Source: Clostridia bacterium | GTDB lineage: Bacteria > Bacillota > Clostridia > Oscillospirales > Acutalibacteraceae | Direction of reading: 5' to 3' | Assembly (NCBI GenBank): GCA_017936365.1 | Contig: JAGBFS010000021.1 | Coordinates: 1 to 55,699 of the forward strand | DNA length: 55,699 bases | Shown: positions 44,386-55,699 of the stretch, piece by piece | Layout of the letters: the number at the start of each line of letters is the position of its first letter | How positions within the stretch are numbered: position 1 is the stretch's first letter | Made by a program: the position numbers and the translations under genes | The notes under the pieces: model-generated | Databases searched by the model: none | Seen by the model: only the letters and a program-made list of their open reading frames with translations | Told to the model about the DNA's origin: nothing

Positions 44386-45693
44386 ATGGATTCCTTCGTC
44401 GATATGTGGAAATTAATTGAGCCCACAATCCATGATGAAATTGGTGAAACAGCATATAACGTCTGGATCAAACCAATGGTTCCGGTTGATCTTACATCCG
44501 AAGAAGCTGTTATGAAGGTACCTTCCGACTTTTATAAAAATGTCATTGAAGGAAGATATAAAAGCAGCATAAAAAATGCCATTCTGACCGTAACCGGTCT
44601 TGATGTTGAAGTTAAAATAATAATTTCCGATGATGTAAAAATAACCGAGACAAAAGAAAAAGATGAGGTTCCCGAAGCTGATGAATATACCTTTGACAGC
44701 TTCGTTGTCGGTTCTACAAACCGCTTTGCACACGCCGCAGCTCAGGCTGTTTCCAACAACCCCGGCAGCGCCTATAATCCCCTTTTTATCTACGGTCCGT
44801 CCGGTATGGGAAAAACACACCTTCTTTTTGCTATATAGGAGCGTATTTTAAAAACCCATCCCGATATGAATATCGTCTATATGAAGGGCGATCAATTTAC
44901 AAACGAGCTGATAGAAGCTCTTAACAAAGACCAGTATCAGCTCATGGCTTTCAGAAAGAAATATCGTTATGCCGATGTTATTTTAATGGACGATATTCAC
45001 TTTATCGCCGGTAAGGAACAGACTCAGGAGGAATTCTTCAACACCTTCAATACCCTTTATCAGGAAAACAAGCAGATCGTTCTGACAAGTGACCGTCCTC
45101 CGAAGGCTATAAAAACTCTTGAAGAAAGACTCCGTACCCGATTTGAAAGCGGACTTCTTGCCGACATTCAGCCGCCTGAGTATGAAACAAGGATAGCAAT
45201 CATCAAGCGCAAAGCTAACCAGTATAACATGGATATGTCCGATGATATAGCCGAATTTATCGCGCTCAAGGTAAAATCGAACATAAGACAGCTTGAAGGC
45301 GTTGTCAAAAAAATAAACATAATGTGCCTTATTGATAAAGAAAAGCCATCCATATCAATTGCACAGAATGCTATCAAGGATATACTCAATGATGTCCAGC
45401 CTCTTCCCCAGACAATAGAAAAAATAACAGAAGAGGTTGCAAGGGCATTCAATGTTCAGCCTCAGGATATCTACTCAAAGAGAAGAACCGCCAATCTTTC
45501 CATCGCCCGTCAGGTTTCCATGTACTGTGTAAGAGAGATAACAGGACTCCCCTACGACGCTATCGGAAGGGAATTTGGCGGCAAGGATCATACAACCGTT
45601 ATCTACGCTGTCCAGCAGATAACCAAAAAGATGAACACCCAATCCGATCTTAAATCAACTATCGACGATATAATAAAAAATATCAAGTCATAG
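44386..45693 (+). pseudogene. dnaA: Chromosomal replication initiator DnaA, interrupted by one in-frame TAG at 44836-44838 (track ORFs 44386-44838 and 44866-45693 share a frame)
   Basis: N-terminal domain I, Walker [15 protein letters not shown], then TAG. The sequence continues collinearly: ERILKTHPDMNIVYMKGDQFTNE..., Walker B ILMDDIHF, sensor and box motifs, and the C-terminal DNA-binding domain (GGKDHTTV). Confidence 0.9.
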
Positions 45694-45919
45694 TTTTCAA
45701 CCATATCAACGTTTATAAACAGTTAAAATACCTTAAAAGCTGTTAATAACTAAAACGGTCATGTTAACAAAAAATATTATCCACTTTTTCAAAGAAAATA
45801 TTAACAGCCTTTATTTGACATTATTCAGGGATAAAATAACATTTTAAACATTTTCAACCGCCTCTAATAATACTACTAAACACTATTAGTTACTCTATTA
45901 GTAAAAAAGGAATGATCTG
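45694..45919. other. dnaA-dnaN intergenic region, a candidate oriC segment. One 8/9 DnaA box TTATCCACT (45777-45785), TTTTCAACC x2 (45694-45702, 45851-45859), CTATTAGT x2 with 12-bp phasing (45883-45902)
   Basis: AT-rich, in the position where Firmicute oriC normally lies. Only one near-consensus DnaA box is visible. Confidence 0.4.
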
Positions 45920-47017
45920 ATGAAGTTTGTATGTGCACAGCAGGAGCTGATGGATACTCTCAATATAGTTTCCAGAGCGGCAGCATCAAAATCAACCCTG
46001 TCCGTAATTCAGAATATTTATTTTGAAGCAAGAAACAACGAGATTTATATATGCTGTTATAACCTTGAAATGGGAATTTCAAAGGTTATATTGGCACAGA
46101 TAAAGGAAAAAGGATCTGCAATCATCCCAATCCGCCTTTGTGATATAGTCAAAAAGCTCTCCGGTGATATGGTTGAGATCGATTGCGACGACAAATACAT
46201 AATAAGCATAAAATCCGGTTTTTCCGAATTCAAGCTTATTGGAACATCTGCGGAAGAATTCCCTGAGCTTCCGGCTATTAATGCCGATTATTCAATCAAT
46301 ATAGATCAGGGTAAGCTTAAATCCATGATAGCCCAGACTGCGTTTGCTATCAGCACAAATGATCAGCGCCCGGTATGTACCGGAGCCCTTTTTGAGGTTG
46401 AAGAGGGTATTTTAAAAATGGTAACGGTCGATGGTTACCGCCTTGCAATAAGAAAGGAACATATCGTATGTGATATAAACTGTTCCTTTATTGTACCCGG
46501 TAAAACCCTTTCCGAGCTTCAGAAGATACTTGCCGATACTAATAAAGAGGACGTAATAATAAACGCGGCAAAAAATAATATCATATTTTCTGTTGGTGGA
46601 TACAGTATTATTTCACGTCTTCTTACAGGTGAATTTATTAATTATAAGAGCGCAATTGCCGGTGAATATATATATGAAACTGCCGTCAGTACTTCCGAAA
46701 TAATAAGAAGTACCGAAAGAATATCTCTTATGATAAATGAGACCTTTAAAATACCGGTCAGATGTGTGTTTACCGATGAAAATATAACATTGAGCTGTGA
46801 TACACCGATAGGTAAAGCGGAAGATGTTATTTCATCACGCGGTAATTGCGACGGTATTGATATGAGCTTTAACAGCAAATATATGCTCGATGCTTTCAGA
46901 GCTGTTGATACAGATGAAATGAAGATACTTATAAGGGAAAAATGCAAATCTGTAAAAATACTTCCGCCTGAAGGCGATTCGTTCCTTTTCATTCTTATGC
47001 CTATAGGGAGAAGATAA
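45920..47017 (+). CDS. dnaN: DNA polymerase III beta sliding clamp
   Basis: 365 aa with three-domain clamp pattern. M.F....EL N-terminus and LMP... C-terminus. Follows dnaA. Confidence 0.95.
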   Translation: MKFVCAQQELMDTLNIVSRAAASKSTLSVIQNIYFEARNNEIYICCYNLEMGISKVILAQIKEKGSAIIPIRLCDIVKKLSGDMVEIDCDDKYIISIKSGFSEFKLIGTSAEEFPELPAINADYSINIDQGKLKSMIAQTAFAISTNDQRPVCTGALFEVEEGILKMVTVDGYRLAIRKEHIVCDINCSFIVPGKTLSELQKILADTNKEDVIINAAKNNIIFSVGGYSIISRLLTGEFINYKSAIAGEYIYETAVSTSEIIRSTERISLMINETFKIPVRCVFTDENITLSCDTPIGKAEDVISSRGNCDGIDMSFNSKYMLDAFRAVDTDEMKILIREKCKSVKILPPEGDSFLFILMPIGRR

Positions 47018-47018
47018 A

Positions 47019-47246
47019 TTGAAAAAAATCGGTATAAGTACAGAATTTATAAAACTTGATTCATTCCTTAAATTTTCAGGTATTACCTTTGACGGAAGTG
47101 AAGCAAAGCGTCTTGTTCAGGCGGGAGAGGTAAAGGTAAACGGCGAGGTTTGCCTTATGAGAGGTAAAAAGCTTTATCCCGGCGATACAGTAGAAGCACA
47201 GGGCTGCACATTGGAGGTATGCACTGATGACGGTGAAGAGGATTGA
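47019..47246 (+). CDS. yaaA: S4-domain RNA-binding protein (YaaA-like)
   Basis: I.L..FLK..G....G.EAK.L...G.V.VNGE....RGKKL..GD. TTG start after GGGAGAAG. Conserved dnaN-recF position. Confidence 0.82.
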   Translation: MKKIGISTEFIKLDSFLKFSGITFDGSEAKRLVQAGEVKVNGEVCLMRGKKLYPGDTVEAQGCTLEVCTDDGEED

Positions 47247-48330
47247 GCTTATAGATTTCAGAAATATTGAAAATCAATCAATAGAAGCACATGACGGAAT
47301 AAATGTAATAAGCGGTGAAAACGGACAGGGAAAGACAAATATATTGGAAGCAATAGGTCTTTTTACCGGTACTCGTTCCTTTCGCGGAGCACGAAATATT
47401 CAGATGATAAAACACGGGAAACAGTTTTCGCGTCTTTCGATGGATTTTTTTGCCGCAGGAAGGGATCAGAACGCAAAAATGGTGGTTACTCCCGATTCAA
47501 GGGATACCACAATAAACGGTGTAAAACAAGCTGCAGCATCATCTCTTATAGGAAGATTCTGTGCGGTTGTATTTTCACCGGATAAAATGATGCTTGTATC
47601 GGGCGGGGCTTCGGAGCGGAGAAAATTTCTCGATGCTGCAATAAGTCAGGCTTTTCCGCAATTTGCATCGCTTCTTGTAAAATATAATACCGTTCTGACC
47701 CAGCGAAATACTCTGCTTAAAAAATATGAACACAGCAGCAGCGCAAAAGATACAATTGATATATGGGACAGATCGATAGCTTCTATAGGTGCAGAGATTG
47801 TAAAAAAGAGGCTTGGTTTTATAAAAAACCTCTCCCCTTCTGCAGAGAAGTTTTATGAGGGTATATCTTCGGGAAGGGAACCTTTGGAGCTTGAATACAG
47901 CTGTTCTTTTTCACAGCAGCCTCTTTCCGATGATCTTGAAGAAAAATTTTATGATTGTCTGAAAGAAAGTATTTTAAGTGATGTAAGGACCGGATATACC
48001 CAGCATGGTCCTCACAGAGATGATCTTTTGATTTTGCTTGGCGGAAATCAGTCAAGAATATTTGGTTCGCAGGGACAAAAGAGATCTGCCGTGCTTGCTT
48101 TGAAGCTTGCCGAGGCTGAACAGCTTTCGGTACTTACCGGCGAACAGCCGGTGGCTCTTCTTGACGATGTAATGAGCGAGCTCGATCAGTTAAGACAGGA
48201 ATATCTTCTAAACCGTATAAAAGGATGGCAGGTCTTTATAACCTGCTGTGATCCGGCTTCTTTGAAGCTTCTTGATAAAGGACGTATATTCATAGTAAAA
48301 AACGGCACAGTAGAAAAAACAGATAAATAA
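47227..48330 (+). CDS. recF: DNA replication and repair protein RecF
   Basis: GENGQGKTNILEAI Walker A, SQGQ.R signature, LLDDV..ELD Walker B. Confidence 0.93.
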   Translation: MTVKRIELIDFRNIENQSIEAHDGINVISGENGQGKTNILEAIGLFTGTRSFRGARNIQMIKHGKQFSRLSMDFFAAGRDQNAKMVVTPDSRDTTINGVKQAAASSLIGRFCAVVFSPDKMMLVSGGASERRKFLDAAISQAFPQFASLLVKYNTVLTQRNTLLKKYEHSSSAKDTIDIWDRSIASIGAEIVKKRLGFIKNLSPSAEKFYEGISSGREPLELEYSCSFSQQPLSDDLEEKFYDCLKESILSDVRTGYTQHGPHRDDLLILLGGNQSRIFGSQGQKRSAVLALKLAEAEQLSVLTGEQPVALLDDVMSELDQLRQEYLLNRIKGWQVFITCCDPASLKLLDKGRIFIVKNGTVEKTDK

Positions 48331-48331
48331 T

Positions 48332-48604
48332 ATGTACATACATTTAGGACAGGATACCGTTATTTTAACGCAGGATATAATTGGAATATTCGATCTTGAC
48401 AATACCACGGTATCAAAAAAAACAAGAGATTTTTTAAATGAGGCCGAAAAAAAAGGACAGGTAACCGCTGTTTCTTATGAACTTCCGAAAAGCTTTATAA
48501 TAAGCTTCGACAGGAATAAAAAAGATACACATGTTTATCTGTCGCAATTATCGGCGGAAACATTAAAAAAGCGTGCAGAACATTCAATTAGAGAGATAAC
48601 CTGA
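48332..48604 (+). CDS. DUF370-family protein (RemB/YaaB-like)
   Basis: Conserved small gene between recF and gyrB in Firmicutes. I.L..D.VI....IIGIFD pattern. Confidence 0.8.
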   Translation: MYIHLGQDTVILTQDIIGIFDLDNTTVSKKTRDFLNEAEKKGQVTAVSYELPKSFIISFDRNKKDTHVYLSQLSAETLKKRAEHSIREIT

Positions 48605-51273
<2,669 letters not shown>

Positions 51274-51284
51274 AGGATGATTTT

Positions 51285-51833
51285 ATGAGAGTAATGACAA
51301 ACAGATTTTCAGCAAGTACTGTACTTTTGGAAAATGAATTTTCCGAGCTGCTCGATTCAAAATTTAAATTGTGGCAGGAAAAAAGAATAAGAAATGCTGT
51401 TTTGATTTTAGGTATAGCAGTTTTTATAATTGCAATTCTTATAATCGGTTGGTCGGGATCATTCTGGGCTTGGTTTTCAAGAATTGCTGTTTTGGCAATC
51501 ATTGCAGCGGCCGTAATATTTGGAACAGATCCATTGATAAAATATCTTAAATCATTCATTTTAAAAAGGTCTTTGGAGCTTTCTAAAAATAACGGTGCAA
51601 AGCTTAATTATGGTTTTAACGAGGATAATTTTACAATTGTTTTTGATAATCAGCACAGCATTGTAAATTATTCATCGGTAAAAAATATAACCGAGTCCGA
51701 TAAAAGCTTTGTTATATGGTGTGATGAAAACAGCGGATTTGTAATCAATAAATCAGGATTCAATTTCGGAGAGATATCTGAATTTCCAAAGTTTTTAAAA
51801 GATAAGACAAATAAGGATATAACAGCAATTTAG
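51285..51833 (+). CDS. YcxB-like membrane protein, paralog of the preceding gene
   Basis: Same architecture (two TM helices, then NY.F.ED.FTI...........Y..V..I.E....F). Confidence 0.6.
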   Translation: MRVMTNRFSASTVLLENEFSELLDSKFKLWQEKRIRNAVLILGIAVFIIAILIIGWSGSFWAWFSRIAVLAIIAAAVIFGTDPLIKYLKSFILKRSLELSKNNGAKLNYGFNEDNFTIVFDNQHSIVNYSSVKNITESDKSFVIWCDENSGFVINKSGFNFGEISEFPKFLKDKTNKDITAI

Positions 51834-51878
51834 CTTTTTTAAGAAAACAGCGCAAAGCTGCGAAAGGAATGGAATTTT

Positions 51879-54443
51879 ATGGCGGAAACTGTAAGCTGGG
51901 AGAACATTCCTCAGAAGATAATCGAAGTAGACATAGAAAAGGAAATGAAAAAATCTTTCCTTGATTATTCTATGTCGGTCATTATCGCAAGAGCTCTCCC
52001 CGATGTGCGTGACGGATTAAAGCCTGTACATAGAAGAATACTTTATGCTATGTATGAAGACGGCATTACTCACGATAAGCCTTATAAAAAGTGCGCTACA
52101 ACAGTCGGTAACGTGCTTGGTCGATATCATCCGCACGGTGACGCATCGGTATATGATGCCCTTGTAAGATTGGCACAGGATTTCTCTATGAGGGAAATGC
52201 TGGTCGATGGTCACGGTAACTTTGGTTCTGTTGACGGTGACCCGCCTGCTGCATACCGTTATACCGAAGCAAGAATGAGCAAGATCAGCACAGAAATGCT
52301 GACCGATATTGAAAAAGAAACAATAGATTATGTGCCCAACTTCGATGATTCAAGAAAGGAACCTGCTGTCCTTCCGGCAAGATTCCCGAATCTCCTTGTA
52401 AACGGCTCGATGGGTATAGCCGTCGGTATGACTACCAATATACCGCCGCACAATCTTCGTGAAATTGGCGGTGCGGTATGTTTTCTCCTTGATAATCCCG
52501 ATGCTACGCTTGATGAGCTTATGGAATTCATCAAAGGTCCCGATTTTCCGACAGCAGGTATCATCATGGGTCGTGCCGGTATCAGAGCTGCGTATGCAAC
52601 CGGCCGCGGAAAATTGACCGTGCGAGCAAAGGCAGAAATTGTTGAAACGGCAAAGGGACATAATCAGATAGTCGTTACCGAGCTTCCATATCAGGTAAAT
52701 AAAGCGGTTCTTATTAAAACAATCGCTGATATGGTTAAGGAAAAGCGCCTTGAAGGAATAACCAATATAGAGGATCATTCCGACCGTCAGGGTATGTGTA
52801 TAACCATAGACCTCAAGCGCGATGCTGTTCCTAATGTTGTTTTAAATAATCTTTTCAAGTATACAAATATGCAGTCTACTTTTGGTGTTATTTCGGTTGC
52901 GATTGTCAACGGCGAGCCGAAACAGCTGAGCTTAAAGCAGATGCTTGAACACTACATAGACCATCAGCTTAATATAATATACAGAAGAACTGTATTTATC
53001 TTAAGGAAGACAAAAGAGCGCGAGCATATTCTTGAAGGATTAAAGATAGCTCTTGATAATATTGATGAAATAATTTCGATAATCAGAAGCTCAAAAGGCA
53101 TACAGGAAAGTAAGGAAAGATTAATGGCTCGTTTTGAGCTGGATGATATCCAGGCAACAGCCATTGTTCAGATGAGATTGGGTCAGCTTTCCGGTATGGA
53201 ACGCGAAAAGATAGAGGAAGAATTGGCTTCTCTTATCGAAAAGATAGCCGATTGTGAAGATATCCTTGCAAGAGAGGAAAGAAGAAAGGATATAATCAAA
53301 GAAGAGCTTGGCGAGATAATGAGAAAATACGGAAGTGACCGCCGTACACAGATAGAGATAATATCCGGTGAAATGGATGTTGAAGATCTCATTCCGGAAG
53401 AGGATTGCGTTATCACCCTGACCGAATTCGGATATATCAAGCGCCAGAAGACTGATAATTATCAGATCCAGCACAGAGGCGGCAGAGGCATTTCCGGTAT
53501 GACTACAAGAGAAGAAGATGTGCCGATAGAAATGCTTATCGGCTGTACGCATGACTACGTTATGTTCTTCTCAAATCTTGGTCGTGTTTATAAGCTCAAA
53601 GGCTATGAGATACCCGAAGGTTCAAGAACCTCAAAGGGTATGAATATTGTAAATCTGCTTCCCCTTATGCCGGAAGAAAAGATAACAAGCATGATAAAGG
53701 TACTTCGTGATTATGATAACGAAATGTACTTTGTCATGGTAACAAAGGACGGTATAGTCAAGCGTACTGCATTGAGCGCGTTTGATAATGTCCGCAAAAA
53801 GGGTGTTATAGCACTCTCGCTTCGTGAAGGTGACGAGCTTGTCCGTACAAGACTTACCGACGGCAGCAAGGAATTGATTATAGCGACTTCAAAGGGTATG
53901 GCTATACGTTTTGCCGAAACCAATGTAAGAGTTATGGGAAGAACGGCTTCCGGTGTTCACAGCATCAGATTGGCAGAGGGTGACTTTGTCATAGGAATGT
54001 CTGTGCTGCGCGAAGGCGGCAAGGTTCTTACCATCTCCGAAAACGGCTACGGCCGCCTTTCCCCCATCGACAACTATCGTCTGCAGAGCAGAGGCGGTAA
54101 GGGTATTATCAATTATCGCAATAAGGTCGGCAACGTTGCAGCGATAAGAGTCGTTGATGATGATGACGACATCATAATCATCAATGATGCAGGTGTTGTA
54201 ATAAGAATAGCTGTTTCCGAAATTCGTGAATGTGCAAGACCGTCAAAGGGTGTTAGAGTCATGCGAATCGCCGACGGCAATAAAATAGTTGCTCTTGCAA
54301 GAGTAAAGCATGACGAAAACGAAGTATCCGATTCTCTTCCCGAGCAGACTGCCGAGGACGAAGAAGATGAACCCATGAGCGAAGAAGAATTGATGCTTGA
54401 AGCACAGGAAGATGAGGTCATCGATGACAGCGATGAAGAATAA
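51879..54443 (+). CDS. gyrA: DNA gyrase subunit A (acidic C-terminal tail)
   Basis: [31 protein letters not shown] (catalytic Tyr), six C-terminal beta-pinwheel repeats, and a DE-rich tail. Confidence 0.96.
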   Translation: MAETVSWENIPQKIIEVDIEKEMKKSFLDYSMSVIIARALPDVRDGLKPVHRRILYAMYEDGITHDKPYKKCATTVGNVLGRYHPHGDASVYDALVRLAQDFSMREMLVDGHGNFGSVDGDPPAAYRYTEARMSKISTEMLTDIEKETIDYVPNFDDSRKEPAVLPARFPNLLVNGSMGIAVGMTTNIPPHNLREIGGAVCFLLDNPDATLDELMEFIKGPDFPTAGIIMGRAGIRAAYATGRGKLTVRAKAEIVETAKGHNQIVVTELPYQVNKAVLIKTIADMVKEKRLEGITNIEDHSDRQGMCITIDLKRDAVPNVVLNNLFKYTNMQSTFGVISVAIVNGEPKQLSLKQMLEHYIDHQLNIIYRRTVFILRKTKEREHILEGLKIALDNIDEIISIIRSSKGIQESKERLMARFELDDIQATAIVQMRLGQLSGMEREKIEEELASLIEKIADCEDILAREERRKDIIKEELGEIMRKYGSDRRTQIEIISGEMDVEDLIPEEDCVITLTEFGYIKRQKTDNYQIQHRGGRGISGMTTREEDVPIEMLIGCTHDYVMFFSNLGRVYKLKGYEIPEGSRTSKGMNIVNLLPLMPEEKITSMIKVLRDYDNEMYFVMVTKDGIVKRTALSAFDNVRKKGVIALSLREGDELVRTRLTDGSKELIIATSKGMAIRFAETNVRVMGRTASGVHSIRLAEGDFVIGMSVLREGGKVLTISENGYGRLSPIDNYRLQSRGGKGIINYRNKVGNVAAIRVVDDDDDIIIINDAGVVIRIAVSEIRECARPSKGVRVMRIADGNKIVALARVKHDENEVSDSLPEQTAEDEEDEPMSEEELMLEAQEDEVIDDSDEE

Positions 54444-55233
54444 ACTGACATTATTTATTCTTGTCGTAACAGTTATGTTCACCCTCCTTCCATTGTCCGG
54501 TTGTCTGGACGATACATGGGAGGGTGAATGGAACCGCACCGGTGATTCAACATTCAATCGCGGTGTTGTTACGATATCCGATTATTCAAGCGACGGTTTT
54601 ACATTTTCGCTAAAGGTTTATAACGGAAATATTGCAGGAAGCATTACCAATGCAAAAGCGGTATTTACCAATAATGAAAATACCGAAGCAAAATATTTTA
54701 TTCCGGACGGATACGGAGCATATCTGCTTTTTTCTCTTGACGAAGAAAGTGAAGATCTTGATATTATCTTCACAAGCGGAGAGTATACCGAGATGGATAT
54801 TCTCGGGTTTGCAAGCGGCGGATATATAACCGGAAGATATCAAAAAGGCGATGTTGAATATCTCAATTACAGTCTTTATGATATGGGAATCATAGAAAAA
54901 AGCTATGATGACCAGCTTCGTTCAATGATGTCAAAGGATAATTATATTCGTCTGCTTGACTGCTATCAGAGTTATGAGGTAAAGAGAAACAACGAAATAG
55001 GCGGATTTATCTATTACGGCTCCAACAGTATGCAGAAATATACTGCGGCAATGATCTGTTTTGATGATGGTACCGTCAGCGTAGTAATTTCGCGTGAAAG
55101 CGAAAGTATGCTTTACTTTACAAATAACAAGATCTATGATACCAGTATGCTTGCCTATCCTCTGGATAACTGGATAGAGGAGTACGAGCTGGAAAAAGAA
55201 AAACAGAATGAATCAACTGTAGTTCTGCCATAA
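54433..55233 (+). CDS. Hypothetical lipoprotein
   Basis: [24 protein letters not shown] lipobox. The start overlaps the gyrA stop by 11 nt; the track start at 54397 lies inside the gyrA tail. Confidence 0.68.
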   Translation: MKNKLTLFILVVTVMFTLLPLSGCLDDTWEGEWNRTGDSTFNRGVVTISDYSSDGFTFSLKVYNGNIAGSITNAKAVFTNNENTEAKYFIPDGYGAYLLFSLDEESEDLDIIFTSGEYTEMDILGFASGGYITGRYQKGDVEYLNYSLYDMGIIEKSYDDQLRSMMSKDNYIRLLDCYQSYEVKRNNEIGGFIYYGSNSMQKYTAAMICFDDGTVSVVISRESESMLYFTNNKIYDTSMLAYPLDNWIEEYELEKEKQNESTVVLP

Positions 55234-55239
55234 ATTCAA

Positions 55240-55279
55240 AAGACCCGATACCTCAAAAAAGGCGTCGGGTCTTGTTTTG
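55240..55279 (+). terminator. Rho-independent terminator
   Basis: aagacccga...tcgggtctt followed by gttttgt. Confidence 0.65.
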
Positions 55280-55327
55280 TATTACTAAATAATACAATAT
55301 GTTGTTTTTAATTATATTATTATAAAA

Positions 55328-55699
55328 TTAACCGTTGTTGAGAGATTTTATGATAACATCAGGTCTTGTCAGAATACGTTGAAGCTTTTCGGCGCGATGG
55401 GAAATGATTTTAAGTTCCGATTTTCTGTCAAAAGAAACGGTTATTTTCTTTGAAAACTGTGAGTCGGGCTCATATTCCTCGATGATAATGCTTGCTTTGC
55501 AGGCTCTTGCAAATTCAAAGACCGACATAAGACCGATTCCGCTGCCGCCTGTTTTTGTACGGGTGGTTATCTTTTTGTATCCCATATTTTCAAAAACGCT
55601 CGGTTCAAATTCCTTGCCGCTGTCAAGGACGCTGACAAAGTTGATGCTATTGTTATTGCCGGTCTCAAGCCGGATGTGTTTTTCTTCGCAGTCTTCCGA
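55328..55699 (-). CDS. GHKL-type ATPase domain, C-terminal part of a sensor histidine kinase-like protein (5' end outside window)
   Basis: Frame is open to the window edge. ...DSGKEF......F.....K..TGGSGIGL G-box pattern. Confidence 0.65.
   Translation of the reverse strand, partial: SEDCEEKHIRLETGNNNSINFVSVLDSGKEFEPSVFENMGYKKITTRTKTGGSGIGLMSVFEFARACKASIIIEEYEPDSQFSKKITVSFDRKSELKIISHRAEKLQRILTRPDVIIKSLNNG

Overview
This window looks like the replication-origin region of a Firmicutes/Clostridia-type chromosome. Leu codons are mostly CTT and Shine-Dalgarno sites are strong GGAGG. The right half (about 29.2-55.7 kb) is the classic origin gene string. On the minus strand it runs rpmH-rnpA-yidD-yidC-jag-mnmE-mnmG-rsmG-parA-parB-serS-mnmA. 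It diverges at about 44.2-44.4 kb from dnaA-dnaN-S4 protein-recF-DUF370-gyrB-(2 YcxB-like genes)-gyrA on the plus strand. The left half (1-29 kb) holds mixed-strand housekeeping and accessory genes. These include rsmI, a yabB-like methyltransferase, a ferredoxin gene too short for the ORF track, and metF. A NiaR-controlled nadA / nadB-nadC-niaR locus sits next to a degenerate NadA paralog and a TIR-like protein. Further along are a Na/Pi transporter, an AraC/XRE/hydrolase islet, three tandem zinc-ribbon membrane proteins and a GT2 glycosyltransferase. I saw no rRNA, tRNA, CRISPR array, transposase or integrase. The most unusual observations are: (1) dnaA carries one in-frame TAG right after the Walker A loop, while TAG is a genuine stop elsewhere in the window. 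(2) A NadA paralog keeps the Fe-S cysteines but has lost catalytic motifs, and lies next to a TIR-like gene beside the NAD operon. (3) An approximately 0.9 kb locus without a convincing gene (29.55-30.42 kb) has a consensus promoter, a 20-codon Cys-rich sORF and strand-specific back-to-back terminators. (4) A roughly 190-nt rod-like structured RNA, possibly 6S, lies downstream of a DUF1292 gene. (5) Two perfect parS 16-mers are present, one at the centre of a 40-bp perfect palindrome. All functional calls come from reading motifs by eye. No database search was run.
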